From assembly GCA_951406725.2 (NCBI GenBank), contig OX597838.1, forward strand, positions 7,812,001 through 7,876,000: a DNA stretch of 64,000 nucleotides. The letters are read 5' to 3'. Under the pieces are notes generated by a model. It was given only the letters and a program-made list of their open reading frames with translations. It was not told the DNA's origin and ran no database searches. The DNA comes from Octopus vulgaris (lineage: Eukaryota). Below, piece after piece: positions 13,451 through 26,116 of the stretch; within the stretch, counting starts at the first letter, position 1; each line of letters starts with the position of its first letter. The position numbers were made by a program, and so were the translations under genes.

Positions 13451-13659
13451 AAATATAGCAGCAGCAAGGCAACAACAACAACAACAATATCATAAACAGC
13501 AAATGCCTATACGCAGTTCGATTGTCTGCAAGATATAACAGCCAAATCTCTCACAAATCGTGCAATATCTTTTTTTGGAAAAACGGCACATCGGTAAAAT
13601 TGAAGATTTGACATACAGAATGCTGAATGGTCACGGTTGGAATATATTTGATCTCAGTT
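12889..13659. repeat. Long inverted repeat: arms 12889-13139 and 13408-13659
   Basis: Arms are reverse complements over ~250 bp with few mismatches; 268-bp spacer. Confidence 0.95.
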
Positions 13660-15179
13660 CCACTTAATGAGGACCTTCAGCTCCACAACAGCCACGGCAT
13701 GTATGCAGTTCGCTGATCTGCAAGAAATAGCAGCCAAATCAATATTGTCTTTGGAATAAAGATACATCGGACAAAATGATTTCGATAAAGGATACAGGAT
13801 GGTCACGGACGGAATATTTTTGATCTTTGGCATGTTTAGTCAGCCTTGATCTTGGGAGCTCAACAACAACAACAAGGAAAAAACTGTAGAGAACTGTCAC
13901 ATAGAAAAGAGAAACCGATTTAAATTGGTTTTTACAAAGAACTGCCATCTTCGGCACCGCATCTTTCTAACTCGCAGACAGCAGAGAACTTGTATAATGG
14001 TAACTGAAATTAGATGCATGGCAGAATGGTAATGCTGCTGCTACCGCTGCCGCTGCTTCTGCTACTGCTGTTGTTATTGTTGTTGTAGGTGGTGGTGGTG
14101 GTGGTTTTGGTGGCGGTGGTGGTGGTGGTGGTGGTTTTGGTGGCGGTGGTGGTGGTGGTGGTGGTGGTAGTGGTTTTGGTGGTGGTTTTGGTGGTGGTGG
14201 TGGTTTTGGTGGCGGTGGTGGTGGTGTTAACGTTAATGTTATTATCGGAAATAGTTCAGCACATACAAGAGCCAATGGTAACAAATTGATTTTCAATGTT
14301 CTGTCATGGTTTGCCATTTGGTTAACACCAAAAGAAAAAGAAGAAAAAAAACAAAGAAAAAAGGAAGGAAAGTAAAAACGAAAATACCAAAAAGAACGCC
14401 ATTATAATGTACAAAAAATTATTGTTTTTGATATTTTCATTGTAACTTAACTGAGTTTTTTTTTTTCTTTTTTTTTTTAGTATTTTTACATGTGTGGTGA
14501 AAATCTACAGTTATCTAGATACGATGTGTTAAGTTCTGTGTTCAGATCCCGTTAAAGGCCAAATTTTCCTTTCATACACCCGAAGTTGACAACATAAAGT
14601 ACCAGTCAAATACTGGGGTCAATTGAATTGTTTGTTCCGCCCCCTCGCCATCAGCAAACAAATGTCTGGATTCGTATCCTAAATTTCGGTTGTGAATTGA
14701 CAAAACAACTACATAACTACACACTGCAGTGTTTCTTCTGGTTTTTGGCATCTGGAGATCAAATTCTGCTCGCCTGAGCCTTGCTTCGCATCATTTCAGG
14801 GTCGATAAAATAAGTACCAGTTTGGTACTAGGGATCGATATAATCAAATAACCACCCCGGATAAAAGTGCTCGTCTTGTTTCAAAATTTGATGCCCTTAA
14901 GGCGGCGAATCTACATCGGACAAAATACTTAGTGAGATTTTTTCACACACATATATATACATATATATGTATACAACAGGCTTCTTTCAGTTTCCGTCCA
15001 CCAGACACACTCGCAAGGCTTTGGTCAGCTCTAGACTATAGTAGAAGACACTTACCTAAGATGCCACGCAGTGGGACTGAACCGGGAACCATGTGGTTAC
15101 GAAGCAAGCTTCTTACCATATAGCCACGCTTGCACCTGTATATACATTTATACATATATATGTATATGTGTGCATGTGG

Positions 15180-15243
<64 letters not shown>

Positions 15244-15362
15244 ATTTGTGGATGGATGGATGGATGAACGGTTGGATGGATGGATGGGTGGATGGATGCC
15301 GGTATACCCGTACACACATATGTGGTACGTATCTTTACTGTTTTATATTCTTCCTTTCTTTT

Positions 15363-15456
15363 TCTTTTATTTGTTTCGGTCATTTGACTGCGGTCATGCT
15401 GGAGCACCGCCTTTAGTCGAGCAAATCGACCCCAGGACTTATTCTATCGGTCTGAG

Positions 15457-15514
<58 letters not shown>

Positions 15515-15679
15515 GACGGACTTCTTTCTGTCTCCGTCTACCAAATCCACTCACAAGGCTTTGGTCGGCCCGAGGCTATAGTAGAAGACACTTGCCCAAG
15601 GTGCCATGCAGTGGGACTGAACCCGGAACCATGTGGTTGGTAAGCAAGCTACTTACCACACAGCCACTCCTGCGCCTAT
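15363..15679 (-). mobile_element. SINE family B
   Basis: Minus-strand head TAGGCGCAGGAGTGGCTGTGTGGTAAG...GGTTCAGTCCC; internal microsatellite; tail GCTCCAGCATGACCGCAGTCAAATGA. Another partial copy at ~14975-15130. Confidence 0.9.
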
Positions 15680-16208
15680 ACTTCAATTTTTTTTTTTATC
15701 TTCTAATGTTTTCTCTGACAAGGGTGTCTAAAATGCGTGTTTTAGTGAACCGTTTCTCTCGATGTTTCTCTAGGTTGGTTCTTTGCCAGAAACAACAAAC
15801 AAAACAACAACAACAATAACAACAGCAGTACTTGAGTAAGTAAGGATAAAACAAAAAAATGTATTATGATGGTTTCTACACGGTTAAGGTCCCCTATGTG
15901 TTCTTGTGCGTATGTGTGCTTCTGTGTGTGTGTTCGAGCTTGCGTGTGTGTGTGTGTGTGTGTGTTCGTTCGCATGTGTGTGCGCGTGCGCGTTTTCGTC
16001 GGCGTGTATAAATGTGTGAATATGCATAATGTAGACACGATATATGCTTTTGTATATAGGTTTATGTATATGCCTACCTTCAAGCTTCGGTCTGCGAAAA
16101 CTTGTATGGTCTTCTATATACTTGCACACGCATATGTATAGATGCATACACACATATATATAAACATATATACATATATATACATATATGTGTGTGTGTC
16201 TGTGTATG

Positions 16209-16262
<54 letters not shown>

Positions 16263-16396
16263 ATATATATATATATATATATATACAATTATCAATAATA
16301 AAGGGTGAAATTAATTAATTTAGAAATAATCATTAATTTCACCAAGTAGAGTTCGGCATGTAAAAGCCCCATTCAAGGAAGGTTTAAATAATACTA

Positions 16397-16647
16397 AGTA
16401 ATTAAGGGTTTAGCAACGATTTGCCTCACCACACACCGAATTTAGAAATAGCAGTCAAAAAGTTTTGGCTATTCTTTCTACTTAAAAGGGAGATCCCAAA
16501 GCACTTAAAAAGCAAACGTTTGCTTTTTAAGTGCTTTGGTTTTACTGGGATCTCCCTTTTAAGTAGAAAGAATAGCCAAAACTTTTTGACTGCTATTTCT
16601 AAATTCGGTGTGTGGTGAGGCAAATCGTTACTAAACCCTTAATTACT
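16397..16647. repeat. Near-perfect zero-spacer palindrome (~250 bp) inside a (TA)n-flanked insert (16285-16647)
   Basis: Centre AAAC|GTTT at 16517/16518; arms differ by one substitution and a 9-nt indel; ORF track gives almost the same peptide on both strands. Confidence 0.97.
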
Positions 16648-16659
16648 ATATATATATAT

Positions 16660-16830
16660 AGTGACAATTTACGAAAAAAACAATAGACGAAGAGGGGTGT
16701 GTAAACACCAGACAGATGTATTTAACGCTCGGGAAGCGACAAAGTCTTTTACGTTTCGAACCTACGCTCTTGGACAGAAAGGAACGCAGAAATATACAGA
16801 GAGAGAAAATAAAAAAGGTTTAGTGGCTTG
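16660..16830 (-). mobile_element. Short hammerhead-bearing repeat, family H1 (degenerate copy)
   Basis: Minus strand CTTT-CTGTCCAA-GAGCgtagGTTC-GAAA-CG-TA-AAAG at 16746-16781; homologous to 23020, 33585 and 58810 copies. Confidence 0.65.
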
Positions 16831-16856
16831 TCGTGATTAATAATAAATTCTCATGT

Positions 16857-17175
16857 GAGGGCGCGTGGCTTAGTGGTTAGGGCATTCGGCTCATGATCGT
16901 AAGATTGTGAGTTCGATTCCCGGCGACGCGTTGTGTCCCTGAGCAAGACACTTTATTTCACGTTGCTCCAGTCCACTCAGCTGGCAAAAATGAGTTGTAC
17001 TTGTATTTCAAAGGGTCAGCCTTGTCACTCTCTGTGTCACGCTGATTTTCCCCGAGAACTACGTTAAGGGTACACGTGTCTGTGGAATGCTCAGCCATTT
17101 GCACGTTAATTTCACGAGCAAGCTGTTCCGTTGATCGTATCAGCTGGGGCCCTCGTCGTCGTAACCGGCGGAGTC
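16857..17175 (+). mobile_element. tRNA-derived CORE-type SINE, family C, full length with target-site duplication
   Basis: A-box TGGCTTAGTGG, B-box GTTCGATTCC, CORE-like GTCCCTGAGCAAGACACTTTA; 14-bp TSD TAATAAATTCTCAT at 16841-16854 and 17178-17191. Confidence 0.9.
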
Positions 17176-17270
17176 TTTAATAAATTCTCATATATGGCAT
17201 CTTCCGTCTTTCATTGGCCATATGTGTGTGTGTGTGTATAACTGTATAACAATATAATATAATAATATAA

Positions 17271-17500
17271 GGCGGCGAGCTGGCAGAAACGTTAGCGCGT
17301 TGGGCGAAATGCTTAGCGGTATTTCATCTGTCGTTACGTTCTGAGTTCAAATACCGCCGAGGTCGACTTTGCCTTTCATCCTTTCAGTGTCGATGAATAA
17401 AGTACCAGTCTCGCACTGAGGTCGATGTAATCGACTTAATCCGTTTGTCTGTCCTTGTTCGTCCCTTCTGTGTTTAGCCCCTTGTGGGTAGTAAACAAAT
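17271..17500 (+). mobile_element. SINE family A, full length
   Basis: Same head, B-box, body and tail as 12091. Confidence 0.92.
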
Positions 17501-17899
17501 GAATAATATATGACAATAATATATTTTCTTCGATTCGAAGCGGCAATTTTTAAATACAAACAAATGACCGGAAAATGATGACCTTACCCAAGTCAAAAAT
17601 CGAACCCCCAAATCTATATGTATATATATATATATATAATCTGTATGTATATATATATATATAATAATAATAATACATACATACATATAAAATACGCGCT
17701 CAAGATCACACACGCACACACACATATACAGAGACAGGGAGACGAATGAATATTGAGCACAGCCAAGCATACGTGCATATATATCCATATGTGTGTGTGT
17801 AAATATGTAAATATATATATATATATATATGTATATACAGTTGTTTCTAGTGTGTGCAAATGTGCATCTGAATATATGGCAGTAGATGCATGCACGCGC

Positions 17900-18360
17900 G
17901 TCTCTCTCTCACTCACTCACTCCTTCTCTCACGATCTCTTTCTCTCACTCACTTTTTCTCTCACTCACTATTTGCCTTTCTCTCTTTCTCTCTTTCTCTC
18001 TCCCTGTTTCTCTCTTTCTCACTTTCTCATTCTCTCTCTCTTTCTCTCTCCCTCTTTCTCTCTTTCCTATCTCTCACTCTCACTCTCTCTCTCTCTCACT
18101 CGCCCTTTCTCTCTCTCGCCAACTGTTTCTTCACTCACTCACTCACTCACTCTTTCTTTCTCTTTCATTCTCTCTCTCACTCTCAGTTTCACTCTCCCTC
18201 TTGCCCTCTCACTCACTCACTCACTCTTACTTTCTCTTTCATTTTCTCTCTCACTTCCATTCTCACTCTCCCTCTTGTCCTCTCACTCACTCTCTCACTC
18301 TCTCACTCTCTCCCGCTCTCTCTAGCCCCGTCTCCCTCTCTCTCTCTCTCTCCCTATCTC
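17900..18360. repeat. Degenerate (CT)n/(CTCA)n polypyrimidine tract
   Basis: Direct inspection. Confidence 0.9.
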
Positions 18361-18872
18361 TGTGGCAATGGAAGCTGAGACTAACCAGAGGCGAGATGAC
18401 AGGTACAATTGCCAAAATATTGCAAAACTAATTAAGTCTTTCTACTGATGTATTTTCTAGCCTAAAATACCAACTACGTGAGAGACACCGGCGCGATATT
18501 GGAAGTGTCAAATGCTATGTTATTTCTCACGTGTGAGAGACATTATTACACACACACACACACACACATACATACATACATACATACTCACGAATTATGG
18601 AAGTCTACACTCACAGTTACCCATATATACCCAGGCGTATGCGTAAGTACATCTAAAGGCAGAAACATCTACATAATAATGCACCTATATATTTTTATGG
18701 ATATATGTACAAAGGTATAATTGGTTTTCTAAATATGGTTAATATACAAGCATTCATGTATGTATGTATGTATGCATACATACATACAAATATACAGACA
18801 TACAGACATGTATACGTACATTCATAAACACATATATACTTGTATATATGTATATATATGTGTGTATATATG

Positions 18873-18903
<31 letters not shown>

Positions 18904-19024
18904 ATTGTGTGCGTGCGCGTGTATTTTGTGTGCTACTATATGTATTGATTGATGTCTCTTAATTTGAGGGACACGGGTACTTCTTTCCCAATTTGACTGT
19001 AACTTCTCCTAACTAGCTTGAGAT

Positions 19025-19139
19025 CGTGGAGCTTTAAGTGCTTTCGCTCAATAAACACCCACAACGCCCGGTCTGGGAGTCGAAACTACGATCCTACGGC
19101 CGCAAGTCTGCTGCCATAACCACTGGGCCATTGCGCCTC
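19025..19139 (-). mobile_element. tRNA-derived SINE family D, 5' part
   Basis: Minus strand GAGGCGCAATGGCCCAGTGGTTATGGCAGC...GTTTCGACTCCCAGACC; homologous to 26005-26116 and 57106-57336. Confidence 0.85.
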
Positions 19140-19199
19140 TCTCTCTCTATATATATATATATGTGTGTATATATATATATATATGCATTTCTCTCTCTC

Positions 19200-19252
<53 letters not shown>

Positions 19253-19926
19253 GGAGTGATAGATAGATAGATACATAGACAGATAGATAGATACATAAAC
19301 AGATAGATAGATACATAGACAGATAGATAGGTAGATAGGTAGGTAGAAAGATAGATAGAAAGAGTGAATGAGTGATGGTCATAAATGTATATGTTTATAT
19401 AATTATACGTACATGTGTAGATATTTGAGAGAGACACGAAAAAAAAAAGGCAGGATGTGGAAAAGAAAAAAATGAAAACAAAAAAAAAACAAGGAAAAAT
19501 AAGGAATAAATTACTGGAAACTTTCGTAAACAATGAGAAAGCGATAGTGAGAAAGTTATGGCGAGATGGAGAAAAGATTGAGGCCATTTTGTCCGTTAAC
19601 TGACCGCTCCGCTGTTACATCCGTAATCCCCTGTTGCAGGCTGCCATCTTGGATATTTTCCAAACGAAACATTTTCCATTTATTGTTTTTATTATTTTAT
19701 TGTATCGTTGGTTTTTGTTTTCTGGGGTTTTTTTTATTTCTTCTTATATTATCGATTCCACTAAAGCGATTTTGTTCGGTTTTTTTTTATATAAATTCTT
19801 TTTTATTTCGTTTATATATTTTTTTCTTCTTCTTGGTGATATTTTGGTGGTTTGTAGTAACCGAAGTTGCTGTTAAGCATCTTTTTCGGGTGTGTATCTG
19901 TCTCTCTGTTTCTGACTCTTATATAT

Positions 19927-19978
<52 letters not shown>

Positions 19979-20053
19979 TATATATACATAAATATATATA
20001 TATATATATGTGTGTGTGTGTATCTATGTATATATATATATACATATATATAC

Positions 20054-20084
<31 letters not shown>

Positions 20085-20189
20085 CATATATATATATACA
20101 TACATACATACACACACACACACATATATATATATATACATATATATATATACATATATATATACATATATATATATATACATATATAT

Positions 20190-20245
<56 letters not shown>

Positions 20246-20250
20246 CATGC

Positions 20251-20281
<31 letters not shown>

Positions 20282-20283
20282 CA

Positions 20284-20344
<61 letters not shown>

Positions 20345-20345
<1 letters not shown>

Positions 20346-20756
20346 CGAGGTCTGATCAATAGGTATCCGAACTGTTGCCATAGTAACGAAACCGAAGCAA
20401 GTGGAGTGAAGCCGCTGGGCACAGATGGTCCCTGAACAATCCTGTGCATGCGCACTAAATTTTATCGTTGAAAACTTGTTTTGAAAAGTTTGGGTCGACC
20501 TCTGAGCAGGCGTTGTCAAGCTTTTGGTAATATCTGATGCAGATTCTCGGCTCAACTTTCAGTACTACGTCAGTAAGACGATCACACGCTACACACCTTC
20601 CTTCCAAGTACCGCTGGAAACAGCAGATGTAAGCTAGAGCGTTTAACCTTAGTGCACACATAGAACTGTGTTCTAGGTTAATCTGTGCCCAGCGACTTTA
20701 CTCTCCACACTTTAGCTCCGTTACTATAGCAACAGACCAGATACTTATTGATCAGA
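20345..20756. mobile_element. Mariner-like MITE with ~110-bp imperfect terminal inverted repeats
   Basis: Left ACGAGGTCTGATCAATAGGTATCCGAACTGTTGCCATAGTAACG...GCTGGGCACAGAT mirrors right ATCTGTGCCCAGC...CGTTACTATAGCAACAGACCAGATACTTATTGATCAGA; flanked by (TA)n. Confidence 0.75.
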
Positions 20757-20794
20757 GCAATTTATATATATATATATATAATGTGAGTTATTTC

Positions 20795-20882
<88 letters not shown>

Positions 20883-20900
20883 GTATATGTATATGTATAT

Positions 20901-21082
20901 ATTTCGTCTGCCGTTACGTTCTGAGTTCAAATTCCGCCGAGGTCGACTTTGCCTTTCATCCATTCGGAGTCGATAAATTAAGTACCAGCTACGCACTGGG
21001 GTCGACATAATTGACTTAATCCGTTTGTCTGTCCCTGTTTGTCCTCTCTGTGTTTAGCCCCTTGTGGGTAATAAAAGAAATA
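20901..21082 (+). mobile_element. SINE family A, 5'-truncated
   Basis: Body and tail match 12091. Confidence 0.9.
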
Positions 21083-21421
21083 GTGGTGGTGGTGGTTTTG
21101 TTGTTGCAGTTGTTGTTGACTTTGTGCATTTTTGGTTGTTGTTACTATTGATTTTGCTGCCAATGTCAAGGTTTTATTATTGCATCTCATGTTGAAGTTA
21201 TTCTTCCTGCTGTTGTTGTTGTTGTTGTTGTTGTTTTTGGCGGGGGAGGCGGCGTTCATGGCGACCGTCTTTCAAAGGCACCAATTTTTGATGTTGGTTT
21301 CCCTTCAATCTTTTTTTTCTGATCTTCGCAGTCAAATTTATATTTGTACTTGCCTTGTTATTGTTCTACATTTCTTGAAGCTACGACTACATTACATATA
21401 TTTTTATTATTATTATTATTG

Positions 21422-21462
<41 letters not shown>

Positions 21463-21992
21463 GTTATTATTATTATTATTATTATTTTGTTTGTTTACTT
21501 GTTTATTTTTTTCCAGGCCTCCCTCATTTGGATTCGCAAGCTTTCTTTCTCATCTTCATCTGCCTAATTTCTCCCATCAATGTGACATTTACAGAGACCA
21601 ATGTACACACTACGGTCAACTTGCTGCCAAGTATATTCTTAAATATATATACATATATCTTTTTTACTTTGTTACTTTCTCACATGTATTTTATTCGTTG
21701 TTCTTCCAAATACGATTTATCAGGAACCGAGCTTGATAATGTCTTTGACAGGCCAACCTACCTGCACTGAGTGTACAATATATGCATCAGTATATGTGTG
21801 TGTGTGTGCATTTGTCCGTGTGCGTGAATGTGTGTAGATATATATACATTTACATGTATATGTATATATATGTACATATATAAACATAAACACATATATG
21901 TATCTATATATGTTTGTATATAGATATACACATATGTAATTATACCTTTAACAATACCCATATGTCTCTATTTATGTATATCTATCTATCCA

Positions 21993-22048
<56 letters not shown>

Positions 22049-22049
22049 C

Positions 22050-22082
<33 letters not shown>

Positions 22083-22259
22083 CATATATATACATACACA
22101 TATACATACACCCATATATATATGTATGTATATACACATATACATATATATGTATGTATACATATATATGTATATATGTATAATATATATTATATGTGTG
22201 TATATATATATGCATGTATATATACACATATGTAGATACATGTACATATTCATACGTAT

Positions 22260-22315
<56 letters not shown>

Positions 22316-22437
22316 TAATAATATCTCTCTCACTCGCTCTCGGACTCCCGTTTTCTCTTTCTCTCTCTCCCTTTATCACTCATTCTCTCTCTCTTACTTC
22401 TCATCCCTCTCTCCCTCTCCCTCTCCCACTCTCTCCA

Positions 22438-22508
<71 letters not shown>

Positions 22509-23019
22509 CTATATTTATATATATATATATGTATGTATATGTATGTATATGAATAAGAACATGTGTATTTATGAATATACCCAATGACATGTATACATAG
22601 ATACGCAACTTTTACATTTTTGTATGTGCGTCTGAATGTGCTAGTGTGTATGCATGTACGTATGTTTGATTCTAGTTTTGTGTAACCTTCGCATACCGCA
22701 AATGTAAACCAGTTCCTTCTCTATATCAGTTGCTGGAACGTTGGAAAACAGAAAAAAAATGTGAATTTTTTTGTTTACTATGCATGTCTGTATCTACAAA
22801 GAAGAAAGCCTGAATTGTCAAGGAAACCCAATGTGGAACTCAGTGTTTATCTCCCTTGAGTAAAAAAAAAGAGATTCGTTTTCAAGATACAAATACACGT
22901 TACTCGATGAGGTATTATGTTTTAAAATAAAGACGTGTTCGTTATTCGCTTCCTAGTTGAGACAAAACTATGTTTGTCTTTTGTTTATTATTTGTTTCAC
23001 TCATTCGACTGTATGAACA

Positions 23020-23160
23020 AAAAGCAGATGTATTATTCTGACGCTCGGGAAAGTGAGAAAGTCTTTTACGTTTCGAGCCTACGCTCCTCAGCAGAAAGGA
23101 CTAAGAGTAAATAAACAGAGAGAGAACAAAATAAAACGTGTAGATTTAGCGATCACGCAT
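23020..23160 (-). mobile_element. Hammerhead-bearing repeat family H1
   Basis: Minus strand CTTT-CTGCTGAG-GAGCgtagGCTC-GAAA-CG-TA-AAAG at 23063-23098. Confidence 0.7.
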
Positions 23161-23220
23161 GGCGACTGGTGTACGTGTGTGTGTGTGTGTGTGTGTGTAT
23201 GCGTGCGCGTGTATATATAT

Positions 23221-23556
23221 ATAGGAAGGTTTGGAGATGATGTACAGGTATTTTATATTAGAAGAAATGAGGTACTCAGAAATTCGGATGGTTTTATATT
23301 TACAGATATTTAATTGTATATTACATGTTTTTATACATCATATAACTTAGATCATATATTAGCACTTTCTCCCATTCTAGTGGGGCTTTGAAATCGAACT
23401 AAGTTCCTGTGAAAAAGGTTTTGACCATTTTATAGTAATTTTGAGCGTGTAGTGGTGGGGAGGGACATAAGAGAGTACAAGAAGGTGATGAATGGGGAGA
23501 AAGTGAGAGAGAGAGAGAGCGTATGTGTGTGTGTGTTTTTGTATTTAGAAGGAGTG
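23221..23556 (-). mobile_element. Dispersed (TA)n-inserted repeat family H3
   Basis: GGAAGGTTTGGAGATGATGTACAGGTA...GAGGTACTCAGAA...TTCTCCCATTCTAGTGGGG shared with 61525-61980 and, inverted, with 50120-50442. Confidence 0.8.
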
Positions 23557-23609
<53 letters not shown>

Positions 23610-24586
23610 CCCACCGCCACCGTACAGTTTCAACCAACTAAAATTACAAGGTATTGGTGGACCGGTAGTAATGCTAAAAGTCCACAATGGGACCGAATCT
23701 GAAATTACGTCAGTGCAAAGAGAACTGTTGAACAACAGCGCCATGTTTGCATCCATAGCAATCATTTTTCAACAACATCGTTAAAAATATCTTGTGTTCC
23801 TTATTAAGATAACATTATTGAAAAAGTAGATATGATTTTTTGGGTTTTTTTTTGTTTTTGATATTTTGATGTTGTGTCTTGTTCTCTTTTTAAAGAAATA
23901 TAACTCTTAAGTATAGGAAAGAGAAATATGTTCAGCTATTTCAATGTTTTCGGATGAAGCTTTTGGTAATGGAGAAATATATTTGTCCCACCACAAGAAC
24001 GAAACAAGATCAAAAAGCAATGAAAATATTACTAGATATAAGGACGTATAATTGTCAAGAAAAATTTCCGAAAAGATGTAATTTCTTGGCTTTTATTTAA
24101 TTTAATCACGTCACAAAAATTCAAAAAGGTATGAATTTTCGTTTTCGCAATACGGCGACTTTTCTTTTCACGTCCCTTATCTCTGTTCTACATCTATATT
24201 TACATGCAATGTGTATATGCCATGTTGTATAAAATAAATTTATGATTGCGTATTATTTTAGAAGTAAGAAGAAATTTTTCCGTGCTGAGTATCGTTTCCA
24301 TATTCGGTTCGATTTTATTTATTTATTTATTTTTTTTTTTTTTTAATAATTTAAAAATTCAAAAATTCTATTTTAGCGTGCGAAAGAAGCCAAAATATAA
24401 TTTATAGTTAGCATCTGAAAAACGGAAACAGAAACAGCGAAAATATACTGGCATATATACATATATGTGTGCGCACGTGTGTGTGTTTAAATATATATGT
24501 ATGTACATATATATGTATATGTATATGTAAACATATATACACACATATATATATTTATATATATGTATATATATGTATGTATATAC

Positions 24587-24649
<63 letters not shown>

Positions 24650-24661
24650 CGTATATATGTA

Positions 24662-24701
<40 letters not shown>

Positions 24702-24714
24702 CATATATATATAT

Positions 24715-24767
<53 letters not shown>

Positions 24768-25147
24768 CATATGTCCGATGTATATGTTAAGGAAACAAGC
24801 TGTGTACAGTTTATTCATGTAGCGTAAAATTAAAATATGCTTAATCTTTTACTGAATAAACCCTGGATTTCTAATGAATGAGTTCGAATACTGTCGGAGT
24901 CGACTTTGCCTTTAATCCGTTCAGGATCTATTAAACGGTTGCAATCGAACTCTGGGATCGAGTTAATATCCACCTAGCCCATCCCCGACATTGCTGACCG
25001 TGTAACAAAATCTGAAGCCAATATGTCTATGGAATAATTTTAGATTAAAGCAGTAAAATTTTGGAAATTGCAATTTTAACTGTTTGGATGTTTTATTTCG
25101 GTGAGTAATAAGGTACGTCTTTCAAATAACTGTTGAGTAATCATTAC

Positions 25148-25563
25148 TCTTTTACTCTTTTACTCTTTTACTTGTTTCAGTCCTTTGACTGTGGCCATGC
25201 TGGAGCACCGCCTTTAGTTAATCAAATCGACCCCGGGACTTATTCTTTGTAAGCCTAGTACTTATTCTATTGGTCTCTTTTGCCAAACCGCTAAGTGACA
25301 GGGACATAAGTACACCAGCATCGGTTGTCAAGCAATGCTAGGGGGACAAACACAGACACACAAACACACACACACATACATATATATATACATATATACG
25401 ACAGGCCCCTTTCAGTTTCCGTCTACCAAATCCACTCACAAGTCATTGGTCGGCCCGGGGCTATAGCAGAAGACACTTGCCCAAGATGCCACGCAGTGGG
25501 ACTGAACCCGGAACCATGTGGTTGGTTAGCAAGCTACTTACCACACAGCCACTCCAGCGCCTA
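25148..25563 (-). mobile_element. SINE family B, full length
   Basis: tRNA-like head, internal (CA)/(TA) tract, (GAGTAAAA)n tail. Confidence 0.92.
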
Positions 25564-25732
25564 TACAATAACTATTGTACAATTTCGTTTCAGTTACTAC
25601 TGAGCAGTGTGTTATTCGCCTAAATACTGAAGTATCAGATCTGACTGATATAATTCTAGCCTGTACTGAGCTATGTTATTCCCATCCTTACTGAGGTGTC
25701 ATTACAATGATTTACTACTGAGTACTTAAGGA

Positions 25733-26116
25733 AGCACTCCGTCGGTTACGACGACGAGGGTTCCGGTTGATCCGAATCAACGGAACAGCCTGCTCGTGAA
25801 ATTAACGTGTAAGTGGCTGAGCACTCCACAGACACGTGCACCCTTAACGTAGTTCTCGGGGGATATTCAGCGTGACACAGAGAGTGACAAGGCCGGCCCT
25901 TTGAAATACAGGTACAACAGAAACAGGAAGTAAGAGTGAGTAGATATATCTGATTATCGATGTAAATAGATTAAGCGACAGGGAAATGGGTGAGTCTTAG
26001 AAGCTTTTTTAGGTGTTTTCGCTCAATAAACACTCACAACGCCCGGTCTGGGAATCGAAACCGCGATCCTACGACCGCGAGTCCGCTGCCCTAACCACTG
26101 GACCATTGCGCCTCCA
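25733..26116 (-). mobile_element. SINE family D (tail shared with family C) carrying a 68-bp foreign replacement
   Basis: Head matches 19025-19139; tail matches 17000-17175; 25936-26003 is a copy of 26550-26617. Confidence 0.88.

Noticed and set aside
16421-16623. Same 65-aa peptide on both strands
   Set aside because: Direct consequence of the DNA palindrome
16861-16930. tRNA gene candidates (also 19070-19139, 33285-33351)
   Set aside because: A and B boxes run straight into SINE bodies; no complete acceptor stem or T-run terminator
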